From Alphaproteobacteria bacterium (GTDB taxonomy: Bacteria > Pseudomonadota > Alphaproteobacteria > JBFXJJ01): a stretch of DNA of 64,000 bases. A model generated the notes under the pieces. The model was not told the origin of the DNA and made no database searches. It saw only the letters and a list, made by a program, of their open reading frames with translations. The translations under genes and the position numbers were made by a program. The stretch lies in contig JBFXJJ010000005.1 in assembly GCA_050175015.1 (NCBI GenBank), positions 32,001 to 96,000 on the forward strand, read 5' to 3'. Below are positions 30,856 through 40,379 of this stretch, piece after piece. The first letter of the stretch is position 1, and each line of letters opens with the position of its first letter.

Positions 30856-31374
30856 ATGAAGCATTTTATATATGTTATTATTATGAGTGCAATTTGCATT
30901 GTTGGTAACTTAAATTATGTTCAGGCTGAAGAAAATAAGAATTTATATCATATTAATGTTACAAGTTATGAAGTAAAAAATCGTATTGTTGAGAGTAAAG
31001 TTCGCAATCATACGGTTAGAATTGACCAGCCTAAAGAATTTGGTGCTGATGATACAGCTCCAACCCCACCAGAATATTTGGCCATTGCATTTGGCAGCTG
31101 TGTCGTTTCTACTCTACGTTTTATTGCCATTTTAGAAAATATTGAAATCAAAAATATTCAAGTTGATGTAAGCGGTACCATTGATTTTTCTAAAGCCATG
31201 GAAATGCCAACCGAAAAAAGGGCAGGGATTGAAGGACTAAATGTTGACGTAAGTTTTGATTCTAATTTATCTAAAGCTGAAAAACAGTCATTGCTTGATA
31301 AGGCTCTGAATCGAGGCGCCGCAATCGATAATGTTATGAATAATACGAAAGTTATCTATAAACTAGTTGATTGA
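30856..31374 (+). CDS. OsmC/Ohr family protein with signal peptide
   Basis: DQPKEFGADDTAPTPPEYL..AFGSC; hydrophobic N-terminus ending VQA. Confidence 0.8.
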   Translation: MKHFIYVIIMSAICIVGNLNYVQAEENKNLYHINVTSYEVKNRIVESKVRNHTVRIDQPKEFGADDTAPTPPEYLAIAFGSCVVSTLRFIAILENIEIKNIQVDVSGTIDFSKAMEMPTEKRAGIEGLNVDVSFDSNLSKAEKQSLLDKALNRGAAIDNVMNNTKVIYKLVD

Positions 31375-31400
31375 AATCATATACTTTAAGTTATTCCAAC

Positions 31401-31793
31401 TTAAAAATTAAGTTTCATACCAAAATCGACTTGTTTAAACCCGAATTTTTGATAAAAACTAATGTTTATAGGATTTTTATTCCAAGCAAAAAGTCCAACC
31501 GATTGATATGAACCCTCTTTAATTTCAAGTATGATAGATGACATAATTTTAGAGCCAATTTTTTGATTTTGATGAATTGGTAAAACGGCAATGTCATAAA
31601 CCATACACATACAGCCGTCTTCTACAATTCTTCCCATACCAACTATTTTGTCATTATCCCAAGCTGTTATTATATAGGAAGATTTAGCAATTATTTCTTT
31701 CCATAGTTCCCCACGTTTTCCCCAGCCAACAGCATCTGTTAAATTATCAAGATCTACGATAGATAAATCTTTGGTTTGTTTATAAGTTATCAT
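31401..31793 (-). CDS. GNAT N-acetyltransferase
   Basis: VGMGR, YDIAVLPIHQNQKIGS, FYQKFGF; likely start ATG 31793. Confidence 0.88.
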   Translation of the reverse strand: MITYKQTKDLSIVDLDNLTDAVGWGKRGELWKEIIAKSSYIITAWDNDKIVGMGRIVEDGCMCMVYDIAVLPIHQNQKIGSKIMSSIILEIKEGSYQSVGLFAWNKNPINISFYQKFGFKQVDFGMKLNF

Positions 31794-31854
31794 TCTTTCT
31801 ATACTTTCATAAAAACGTTCCGATATATAAAGCGGTTTTTGATGTTTATAGCGG

Positions 31855-33774
31855 TTATTCTTTAATATAACCTCGTTCGGTTGCTTCATCAAAATAATAT
31901 AAATAAAAAGGAACAGGGATATTAATCTGCGCAAATTGATTAGGTTTTATAATAGCATCTTGATAGCCGTCGTTAAAATAAGCAATATCAACTTGAGAAA
32001 GCCCTGTTCCTTGTGAAGCAGGAATATAAAAATATCTAGCCTTAACGTCTTTGCCGCTATTGTTTAAAATATATAATGTGCATCTTTCATTTCTATTGTT
32101 TAGTCCGCAAGTCTTTTGTTTTGGTGCGATAGTTTTGTTCTTTATAATTTTACTTTCATCTAAAACGGTTTTGTTTGTCTCATCTTTTTTTAATTTTAGA
32201 ATTATAGCTTTGTTTTCAGGTTGGTATTTAACCTTATCTAAGTCAACATTACATACTGTTTTAGCTTTTTGTTTTAAATATTCTTCAACTTTTTTTCTGA
32301 CCGTTGGTCTGTAATAGGCAACATTATAAGATATTTTTTTAATTTCATCTAAGAGACCTTCATCGTATAAGTTATCATTTTCGTTTACATAATAAATCGG
32401 AAAACCAAGATTCGGGAACTTATCACCTATTATTATCGATTTGATATAGTCAGAAAGATTCATTGATGAGCTGTCAAAATCACTTAAATATTGAAGATAA
32501 CCACTCTTTAGACGGCAAACATTATCACAAGATCTTGAATAACGACTTGTTTTACCTTTAGGGTGCAATACTTTTAAGTTATCATCTTTATCAATCTTTA
32601 AGATATATGTTTGACCTTTGAATGTTATAAAATCGGTGTTTTCTGCAAACTCTTTTACATAGCAGGAACATTCATATTCAAGGTTTTTACCACCAAATTT
32701 TTCTTTAATACTGTTATATTGATCCCAGTCTTTAATAACAAGATTAGGCGTTTTTAAATACTTCTTTACTTCTTCAATATTGTTTTCGTAAATGGCTACA
32801 AATGGTCTATCAATTCTAAGATCACAAATGCATGGCTTTACTTCGCCTTCTTTCATATCTGAAGTATCATAAAAGCAATCGCAATGATCGACATAAACAA
32901 TTCCATCAGGGTTGGGGCAGCCGCTTTCAGAATTTTCATGTAAATATATCTTATGAATCAGTTCTTTTTTGCCATCATTATTATAATCAAGCTCCATAAT
33001 GTAATCAGGTTCTAGCTTCTTATTATCTAAAGTAACTTGGCTTTGAGCTATATTGGTATCTTTTTTTATTCTAGTTGTTTTATATTTTAAATCGATTTGG
33101 TTGTAAAACATATAACCATCGCTAGAGGCTATTGCTTTGCAAACTGGAGCATATTGACGTTTTGTAGGATAGATAATATCTGTATTTCGTTTAAAGAGTT
33201 CATTATTTATAACATAAGGATCGTAAATGGTGTTTTGAATATTATCCAGTTTAACATTTTTAGGAACCAAGTATTGAGAGCCAAACCAGTCATCTCTAAC
33301 TTCTTGAGAATAATCATTGCTTAACAGCCAAGAGGAACCATCTTCAACTAATCTTCTAAAGAAATCACTCCGCTTACAAGCTAATTTATGACCTTTTTTT
33401 ATATGACTTAGATCTAATCCGATAACACTTCTGCAAAAATCTTTTGATTTATAAAATATATGTTTTAGGCGGCTAAGAGGTTCAGCATCAGATACCTCTT
33501 CAATATAATGCATTGCAAAAAAAACACTTTTTATTTCTTCTATAAACTTTTCTTTTGAACTCACTTTATAAGCACAATCATTTACCGTATCATCAAAACT
33601 CTGCCCCGTTGTTTTAAGAAAAACTTCTTTGAATTCTGCAATGTTTGGAATTTTTTCCCACCTTGGATTGTATCCGAGCTTTTCAAAAACATCGTTATTT
33701 TCTTCTATCTTGCCATCACAACTAGAAGTAAATAAAAACAATAATGCAGATAGTATTTTGAGTGTTTTTTTCAT
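31855..33774 (-). CDS. Hypothetical lipoprotein, Cys-rich
   Basis: MKK plus hydrophobic core plus TSSC lipobox; 639-aa ORF. Confidence 0.7.
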   Translation of the reverse strand: MKKTLKILSALLFLFTSSCDGKIEENNDVFEKLGYNPRWEKIPNIAEFKEVFLKTTGQSFDDTVNDCAYKVSSKEKFIEEIKSVFFAMHYIEEVSDAEPLSRLKHIFYKSKDFCRSVIGLDLSHIKKGHKLACKRSDFFRRLVEDGSSWLLSNDYSQEVRDDWFGSQYLVPKNVKLDNIQNTIYDPYVINNELFKRNTDIIYPTKRQYAPVCKAIASSDGYMFYNQIDLKYKTTRIKKDTNIAQSQVTLDNKKLEPDYIMELDYNNDGKKELIHKIYLHENSESGCPNPDGIVYVDHCDCFYDTSDMKEGEVKPCICDLRIDRPFVAIYENNIEEVKKYLKTPNLVIKDWDQYNSIKEKFGGKNLEYECSCYVKEFAENTDFITFKGQTYILKIDKDDNLKVLHPKGKTSRYSRSCDNVCRLKSGYLQYLSDFDSSSMNLSDYIKSIIIGDKFPNLGFPIYYVNENDNLYDEGLLDEIKKISYNVAYYRPTVRKKVEEYLKQKAKTVCNVDLDKVKYQPENKAIILKLKKDETNKTVLDESKIIKNKTIAPKQKTCGLNNRNERCTLYILNNSGKDVKARYFYIPASQGTGLSQVDIAYFNDGYQDAIIKPNQFAQINIPVPFYLYYFDEATERGYIKE

Positions 33775-33916
33775 AAAATTTAAACTTTTATTTTAATACT
33801 CAAATATTAGATGAATTTACATAAGCAGAGCAATATAAAAAGTTGCATATTAATTAAATTTCATATTTATTTAACGTAATATTATTTTTTGCTTAACACT
33901 TGCGGCAAGCTAATAT

Positions 33917-34219
33917 TTATTTCAATTCATTCTGAATGTTTTTTAACAAAATTCTATGTTCATTAATGATTTCTGGGGGAGTAAGTTTTAGTGCCATATA
34001 TATAAGCAATGGGACTATCACGGCATCGTCAAGGTGTCCAATTATGGGAATAAAGTCTGGTATAAGATCAAATGGCAATAACAAATACCAAACACTCATT
34101 CCCAAAAATAGCTTCGCAAGGAAAGGGGTTCTTTTATCTCTCAAAACATTTTTATATAGCTGAAGCTCCAAGGTTAACCGTTGGCTTATCGACACTATTT
34201 TTTCTTTCAAAGACGCCAT
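33917..34219 (-). CDS. YkvA/DUF1232 family membrane protein
   Basis: YLLLPFDLIPDFIPIIGHLDD. Confidence 0.9.
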   Translation of the reverse strand: MASLKEKIVSISQRLTLELQLYKNVLRDKRTPFLAKLFLGMSVWYLLLPFDLIPDFIPIIGHLDDAVIVPLLIYMALKLTPPEIINEHRILLKNIQNELK

Positions 34220-34269
34220 AAGCAGCCCCTAAATGGTTTTTTATAAACGTCTTTTTTGATTCGAATACA

Positions 34270-35535
34270 TTATGCCGCTAACTTGTTACTACGTTTATTT
34301 TTACCTTTACGGCTATGCTGTTTAAAAGAAAAAACTTTATCGTTATTAAGTTTTCCTTTTGCTTTTTTCTTTCTATTACCAAAGTTTTTGCCAGTCTTTT
34401 TACTAAAAGATTTTTCTTTATAATTTTCTTTTTTATTTTGATCTTTGGCTTCTTCTGGATTCATAAGCTTGTATATAGCTTTCCATTTTGCACCATCGGC
34501 TGTAGTGATTAAGTTAACAGCTTCGCCTTCGGCTCCAGCGCGAGCTGTTCTTCCGATACGGTGGATATAGTCTTCAGGACATTGAGGCAAATCATAATTT
34601 ATGACATGCTCAATATGAGGAATATCAATGCCTCTTGATGCTAAATCAGTTGCAACTAAAATACGACTTTTTTTATCACGAAATCTTTTCATAATAATAT
34701 CACGTTTATTTTGTCTTAAATCACCGTGAATAGCACAAGCCTTTAAATCATCATCAATAAGCTTTTTAGCAATTCTATCAGCATTACGTTTAGTTTTTAC
34801 GAAAACAAGAATGGATCCTTCGCGTTTTCTTATTTGAGTTAAAAGGTTAGAAAATTTATCGCCTTCTTGAATATGAAGCAATTCCTGTTTAATTTTTATC
34901 GACGGTTTGTTGCTCTGATTTATAGTTATTTTTTCTGGATTCACTAGATATTTTTTAGATAAACTTATGATTTCTTTAGGAAGAGTTGCCGAAAACATAA
35001 GAGTTTGACGATCACTCGCCATATGGCCAATAATTCTTTCTGTCTGTTCGCCAAACCCCATATCAAGCATACGATCAGTTTCATCAATTACCAAAAAATC
35101 AGCGGAGTTAAGCTTTAATGAACCTCTTTTAATATGGTCATTGATTCTGCCTGGAGTGCCAACAATTATTCTAGGATTTTTTTTAAGTTGTGCTAATTGT
35201 TTAGGCATAGCGTCACCGCCAATAATACAAGTTGCATTTATTTCTCTATGCATAAGAAGCAAAGGTTTTATGGTTGAATGCACTTGTATTGCCAGTTCTC
35301 TTGTTGGAGTTAAAACAACTCCAATACTTTGAGGCGATTTAATAAGGTGAGCGATAAGCGGCAGCATAAAAGCGGCAGTTTTTCCAGTTCCTGTTTCTGC
35401 GGAACCTAAAATATCAACTCCGTTGAGAGCAAAAGGGATAGCCCTTTCTTGAATTGGAGTAGGTTCGTTAAATCCGATTTTATTTACAGCTTGTAATAGC
35501 GTTTCAGGTAAGCCCAATGAGGCGAAGTTAGTCAT
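34270..35535 (-). CDS. DEAD-box RNA helicase (DETD variant)
   Basis: Q motif PTPIQ, AETGTGKT, PTRELA, TPGR, DETD, SAT, HRIGRTAR; basic C-terminal tail. Confidence 0.96.
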   Translation of the reverse strand: MTNFASLGLPETLLQAVNKIGFNEPTPIQERAIPFALNGVDILGSAETGTGKTAAFMLPLIAHLIKSPQSIGVVLTPTRELAIQVHSTIKPLLLMHREINATCIIGGDAMPKQLAQLKKNPRIIVGTPGRINDHIKRGSLKLNSADFLVIDETDRMLDMGFGEQTERIIGHMASDRQTLMFSATLPKEIISLSKKYLVNPEKITINQSNKPSIKIKQELLHIQEGDKFSNLLTQIRKREGSILVFVKTKRNADRIAKKLIDDDLKACAIHGDLRQNKRDIIMKRFRDKKSRILVATDLASRGIDIPHIEHVINYDLPQCPEDYIHRIGRTARAGAEGEAVNLITTADGAKWKAIYKLMNPEEAKDQNKKENYKEKSFSKKTGKNFGNRKKKAKGKLNNDKVFSFKQHSRKGKNKRSNKLAA

Positions 35536-35799
35536 ATTTTAAAAAATCCTTCATAAAAATTTGCTGCAAAATCAATATGACTTTGCATTTTTAGAGAGCG
35601 TGTAAAGTTCCAAATTTACAAAAAAAATGCAAAATGGTATCAACTCTCTGACAAACTCTATTTTTAAGGATGCTTCTAATTAAAAAAACAATATGGTAAG
35701 TATGGAGTTAAATATAAACGCAAACTGCACCATACAGTAATTTTTAGCATAAGCAAAACAATTCTTCTCGTTTTGTAATTATTCTTACAAAAGTGTAAC

Positions 35800-35994
35800 A
35801 CGACAAGTAGTTCTTCATGTACAAAGTTAGGCGGGATATAACGGGATTATACGGGACATAGTGGGATAAGAGGCTTTTGTTTCTGGGCTTTTTTTGGCTT
35901 TTAATTTTTGAGCGATTTAGGCTTTTAATGCAAAACTACTTGGCACAGGAAAAAGGGGTTAAAAGTTAATTTTACGACAAGTAGTTCTTCATGT
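35800..35994 (+). repeat. Two identical 21-bp direct repeats; putative transposase end-binding sites
   Basis: ACGACAAGTAGTTCTTCATGT at 35800-35820 and 35974-35994; the first starts 6 bp inside TGTAAC at 35794. Confidence 0.75.
35831..35870 (+). repeat. Four 10-bp-phased GGGA units
   Basis: GCGGGATATA ACGGGATTAT ACGGGACATA GTGGGATAAG. Confidence 0.7.
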
Positions 35995-36080
35995 GAAAAA
36001 AAATAAAAGTTTAGGCTTTCTGCGACGTAAAATAAAAACAACCGTGCAACTTCGGGCAAAAAGTCGGTTAGAAGTTTGGC

Positions 36081-36179
36081 AAAAGTGTTACGGTTTTATT
36101 TTTTTAGCGCAAAAAATGTGTGTCCATTATAAATAAAAGGTTTTAGCGATTTCTTGATTTTTAAAAGTGTTACGGTTTT
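36081..36179 (+). repeat. 17-bp direct repeat pair
   Basis: AAAAGTGTTACGGTTTT at 36081-36097 and 36163-36179. Confidence 0.65.
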
Positions 36180-36209
36180 TAAACGGAGGTTTGGCAAAAT
36201 TTTTGCTAA

Positions 36210-37079
36210 TTATGAGATTAATTCCAATAGATCATTTAATAATTTTTCATCTATTTTTTCGTCTTTGATTCCTTTTGAATATAAGATTGTTGAAATCTTT
36301 GCTAATTTAGCAGCGTCTAATAGATTGTTTGCATTTCTTACTGCCTCAATACATATAGCTAGCTTTTTATCATCTATATCGTCATTCTTATTTTTTTCTT
36401 CAATTATTTCGTTTGTTACTTTTTGGGGTGGTGTTTTTTTATTATAAATACAAACTACGGGAGCCAGCATTTCTATGTATGACAATGCTCGTTCATCATA
36501 AAATGGCTCTTGTTTACCGTTTTCTTTGGGAAGCCAACCCTTTAAATAAACTTTATCTTTTTCTATCTTCTGAAGAAGTTTTATAGCTGCAACACAACTA
36601 TCTTTGCTTTTTTCTCTGTGTTTTGATTTTATATAGACAGGCTCTCCAACGACAGGTTTGTCTGATGGAGAGATTATACATGTCGTTCCGTCAGGTATTC
36701 CTTCAGGTTCCATTGAATCTCCTTTTGCAATAACGGCAAAGGAATCTTCCTTTAATTTTGTATGCGTAATTATTTTATAATCAAGATTTTTTTGATTGTG
36801 CCAACCTGTTGCAACTCCGCAGCTTGCAAACTCTATAACAGGCACAGTGCTTGTGTCACAAACATTTTGGGCATCTCCTGTTATTAACCATTTTACGTCG
36901 ACATCGCAAGCGTTGGCAATAATTATTGCCTTTTCAACCGATGGGCTGCTGCCATTTAAATATTGTTGTATTGACGTATGGTTTATGTCGCAACGCCTTG
37001 CAAAGCTTCTTATTTTGCCGCCATCTAGTTGTTCTATTAATTTGCTAAGTCTTTCAGAAAAAGTCATGCTTATCCTCAT
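36210..37079 (-). CDS. Prophage repressor (XRE HTH plus S24 peptidase domain)
   Basis: N-terminal HTH (FARRCDI..TSIQQYLNG..P...WLITG), GDSMEP, AIKLL; divergent from ner. Confidence 0.9.
   Translation of the reverse strand: MRISMTFSERLSKLIEQLDGGKIRSFARRCDINHTSIQQYLNGSSPSVEKAIIIANACDVDVKWLITGDAQNVCDTSTVPVIEFASCGVATGWHNQKNLDYKIITHTKLKEDSFAVIAKGDSMEPEGIPDGTTCIISPSDKPVVGEPVYIKSKHREKSKDSCVAAIKLLQKIEKDKVYLKGWLPKENGKQEPFYDERALSYIEMLAPVVCIYNKKTPPQKVTNEIIEEKNKNDDIDDKKLAICIEAVRNANNLLDAAKLAKISTILYSKGIKDEKIDEKLLNDLLELIS
36915..36930. promoter_or_regulatory. Putative operator inside the repressor gene
   Basis: Perfect palindrome GGCAATAATTATTGCC with the same core as the intergenic site at 37115. Confidence 0.6.
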
Positions 37080-37094
37080 GGCTCAAATATAAAT

Positions 37095-37134
37095 GTAAAT
37101 AATTATTGACAATGGCAATAATTATTGCTAGTTT
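37095..37134 (+). promoter_or_regulatory. Early promoter Pe with overlapping operators
   Basis: TTGACA (37106-37111), 17 bp, TG-n-TAGTTT; palindrome GCAATAATTATTGC (37115-37128) and near-palindrome GTAAATAATTATTGAC (37095-37110). Confidence 0.75.
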
Positions 37135-37191
37135 ATTATTAACGCAACGTTAAGATTAACAGAAAAAAAGTTTTAAAGCAAAGGTGCTTTT

Positions 37192-37416
37192 ATGGAAGAA
37201 CCAATTTGGACACCCAAAAAAATTAAAATCGAACTGCTTAAGAGAGATACTAATCTTACTCAGCTTGCGGTCGATAATGATTTGTCTGTTTCAGCTTTAA
37301 GAGTTGCCTTGGTTAAGGCTTACCCTAAAGCTGAGAAGGTTTTAGCTGACTTTTTAGGAGTTGGTGTGGAAGAACTATTCCCGAATCGTTATCAGAAACA
37401 TGATGAGGTGGCATAA
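37192..37416 (+). CDS. ner: Ner-like DNA-binding protein
   Basis: W....IK..L..R..NLTQLA...YPKAEK.LA.FLG....ELFP.RY. Confidence 0.9.
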   Translation: MEEPIWTPKKIKIELLKRDTNLTQLAVDNDLSVSALRVALVKAYPKAEKVLADFLGVGVEELFPNRYQKHDEVA

Positions 37417-39617
37417 TGTTTAAGGAGTGGTTCACAGCTTTAGAGTTAGCCGAATTAAAACTCAAGAAACTACCTAAACATAAAACTTGGGTTATTGATA
37501 AAGCTAACCGTGAAAACTGGGCTTTTCGTGAGCGTCAAGCACAAGGTGGAGGTCGTGAATACCATATTTCATCGTTACCAGAGGTGGCTAGATTAGATTT
37601 AGCGATTAAAATGGCAGATCCTAATTTTATGGCTGGTTCTGCTGAAGCCTCGAGAATAGCCATTAGAGAAGAAAGTCAGAAGCTTTTAAAGCAAAAGAAA
37701 ATGGCTAAATTTTTAGCTTTACCAAAAGAAAGGCAATATGTTGCTGAGGTTAAGGCCATAATTGTTGACGGCTTTTGTGATTATGAGAAAATTGTTTCTG
37801 TGGGGCTTGTAAAAGCTAGATTGTTGTTTACAACAGCTTTTAATCAGTATGATTTATTAACTGATAGTTTTGTAAGAGATAGAATTAAACACATAACTGA
37901 ACGTTCTTTATTTACTTGGTGTCAGATATATGAAGAAGCTGGACTTGTTGGATTAGCTGGAAATTATGGTAAGACTAAAGGTAAGAAATTAATTGAAAAC
38001 ACAACGGATTTTGAAAATTTTATTGCTGCGTTTTTATATGAATTTCCTCATGCAAAAACTATTGCCATATATCAAGGAATTGAAGCTAGATTTACTGGTA
38101 AAGTGAATGATTTACCTAGTTTAAGAAGCGTTCAACGCTGGGTTAAAGAGTATAAACAAAAGAATGAACAACTGTTATTAGCTGTTAAAAATCCTGATGC
38201 TTGGCGTTCCAAGTTCCAAATTGCAGCAGGTTCTCAATCTGAAGGAATTATTAGACTTAATCAACGTTGGGAATATGACAGCACGCCGACAGATATCATG
38301 CTTAATGATGGTAAACGTCATAATATTGTTGGTGTTATTGATGTCTATTCAAGGCGATTAAAACTCTTGGTTTCTAAAAGCTCCAGTGCTGAAGCTGTGG
38401 CAACGATTACAAGAAATTGCCTATTAAAATGGGGCGTTCCTGAAACTGTTAAAACTGATAATGGTGCGGATTATGTATCAAAAAGAATTAAAAGGATTTT
38501 TGATGGCTTAAGCATTAGGCAAGATTTATGCAAGCCTTTTACGCCAGAAGGTAAACCTCATATTGAACGAGCTTTCAGAACGTTTTCCCACGACATATTA
38601 GAGTTATTACCTGGTTATGTTGGTCATAATGTTACGGAACGTAAGGATATTGAAGCAAGGCGTTCTTTTGCCAAACGAATTTTAGGTGAAGATAAAGATC
38701 CTATTGAATTAAATTGCTCACCTGAAGAATTGCAAGGATTTTGCGACAACTGGATTGAGACTATTTATCACCATAACGAACATGGCGGTTTAAATGGAAA
38801 AACTCCATTTGAAATGATTGTTTCTTACAAAGGTAAGATTCAAAAAATATCAGACGAACGAGCATTAGACATATTACTTGCTGAAGCTCCAAGCAATGAC
38901 GGCTTAAGAACAATAACTAAAAAAGGTATCAGACTTGATGGTGTTACCTTTATTCACGAAAAATTGGCAGGCTTTGAAGGTAGGCAAGTTAAGGTTCGTT
39001 ATGATGAGAGTGAATATGGAGAGGTTTATGTTTTTGATGCTGAAAATGGGAGTTTTATTTGTAAAGCGTTTAATCCTGAGCATCTCGGCGTTAGTCGTAA
39101 AGAAGTTGCGATTGCTCAAAAACGTCGTCAGAAGAAGATCATATCTGAAGGAAAGAAAGCTCTTAAACAAATAGCTAAAGACCAAAAAACAAGAGATATC
39201 AAATTAGAAATTTTAGAGTATCGCAAAGAGCAAGTTGAAAATTTAGTTGTGTTTCCTCAAGGAAACAAACAGCAATCGCAAGATTATGTGACCGAAACCT
39301 TAAACGAGGCATCAAGAGCCTTAAAAATAGCTCCTAAAGCAAGAGAATTAACAGCTGATGAAAAGCAAGCTCTCGTTGCTGTTGAGCAAGACTTAAAACC
39401 AACAAATATCGTTAAAATGCCAGAAACCAAAGAGCAAAAATATGCACGCTGGTTGGAAATAGATAAGAGATTGACTTCTGGTGAGGATGCTTCTTCAGAA
39501 GAAATAAAGTGGTGGAGAAACTACCAATTAGGAAGCGAGTTTGCGACGCAGAAAGCGTTAGTGGATCTTGGAAACAAAGAAAAAGAGGCTAGTAACACGA
39601 CAATGTTATTTTTCTAG
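37416..39617 (+). CDS. MuA-like DDE transposase
   Basis: N-terminal Mu DNA-binding domain (GGGREYHISSLP); WEYDST, KTDNG, HIERAF catalytic DDE; Mu C-terminal domain. Confidence 0.95.
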   Translation: MFKEWFTALELAELKLKKLPKHKTWVIDKANRENWAFRERQAQGGGREYHISSLPEVARLDLAIKMADPNFMAGSAEASRIAIREESQKLLKQKKMAKFLALPKERQYVAEVKAIIVDGFCDYEKIVSVGLVKARLLFTTAFNQYDLLTDSFVRDRIKHITERSLFTWCQIYEEAGLVGLAGNYGKTKGKKLIENTTDFENFIAAFLYEFPHAKTIAIYQGIEARFTGKVNDLPSLRSVQRWVKEYKQKNEQLLLAVKNPDAWRSKFQIAAGSQSEGIIRLNQRWEYDSTPTDIMLNDGKRHNIVGVIDVYSRRLKLLVSKSSSAEAVATITRNCLLKWGVPETVKTDNGADYVSKRIKRIFDGLSIRQDLCKPFTPEGKPHIERAFRTFSHDILELLPGYVGHNVTERKDIEARRSFAKRILGEDKDPIELNCSPEELQGFCDNWIETIYHHNEHGGLNGKTPFEMIVSYKGKIQKISDERALDILLAEAPSNDGLRTITKKGIRLDGVTFIHEKLAGFEGRQVKVRYDESEYGEVYVFDAENGSFICKAFNPEHLGVSRKEVAIAQKRRQKKIISEGKKALKQIAKDQKTRDIKLEILEYRKEQVENLVVFPQGNKQQSQDYVTETLNEASRALKIAPKARELTADEKQALVAVEQDLKPTNIVKMPETKEQKYARWLEIDKRLTSGEDASSEEIKWWRNYQLGSEFATQKALVDLGNKEKEASNTTMLFF

Positions 39618-39639
39618 CCCCTCTTAAGAAAGGATTATT

Positions 39640-40377
39640 ATGACAGAAAACAACTTAAATGTAAATGGCGGAGTTATAAATCTGCAGAATGTGGGCATTA
39701 TTGTTTCAGCATTTACCAGATTAAAAAACAAAGCCTCATATTTGCCTGGGCTTGTGGTTGTTCACGGGCCGTCAGGATATGGTAAGACGGTAGCGGCTAC
39801 TTATGCGGCAAATAAATTTGGGGCTTATTACATTTCATGCAAGTCAACCTGGACTAAAAAAGCAATGCTTTTAGCCATTTCGAAAGAGATGGGAATTGCT
39901 CCAGCCAAAACAATGTATGAAATGATCGACCAAGTAGCTGAACAGCTAATTTTATCAGGCAGAATGTTAATAGTTGATGAGTTTGACTATGCAGTCGATA
40001 AAAATATGGTCGATTGTATACGCGACATTTATCAGGCATCCGAAGCTTCGATTATTTTAATTGGAGAAGAAAAACTTCCTAAAAAGCTAGAAAAATTCGA
40101 GAGGTTTCATAACCGAATTTTATCTTGGATTGCAGCTCAACCTGCAAGCTTTGAAGATGCTAAAAAACTAAGGGAATATTATTGCGACAAAGTTGAGATT
40201 GATGATGAGCTACTGAATAAAGTTCTGGAAGTTTGTGACGGTAGAATAAGACGTATTTGCGTTAATTTGAGCCATATCCAAGATATAGCCTTAAATAATG
40301 GTGCTTCCGAAGTAACACTCGACTGGTGGGGGAGTAAGCCTTTGTTTACGGGTTCAGCCCCTGTTAGGAGGCTATAG
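39640..40377 (+). CDS. MuB-like AAA+ transposition ATPase
   Basis: GPSGYGKT Walker A, LIVDE Walker B, ILIGEE; follows MuA. Confidence 0.92.
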   Translation: MTENNLNVNGGVINLQNVGIIVSAFTRLKNKASYLPGLVVVHGPSGYGKTVAATYAANKFGAYYISCKSTWTKKAMLLAISKEMGIAPAKTMYEMIDQVAEQLILSGRMLIVDEFDYAVDKNMVDCIRDIYQASEASIILIGEEKLPKKLEKFERFHNRILSWIAAQPASFEDAKKLREYYCDKVEIDDELLNKVLEVCDGRIRRICVNLSHIQDIALNNGASEVTLDWWGSKPLFTGSAPVRRL

Positions 40378-40379
40378 TT

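Noticed and set aside
31794-31934. N-terminal extension of the GNAT ORF overlapping the lipoprotein gene
   Set aside because: GNAT similarity begins at ATG 31793; the extension overlaps another gene
35800-35994. CRISPR array from the 21-bp repeats
   Set aside because: Only two copies, 153 bp between them, and no cas genes; they fit transposase end sites better
36154-36447. Plus-strand ORF overlapping the repressor 3' end
   Set aside because: Antisense to the repressor, low complexity and starts within the end-repeat region
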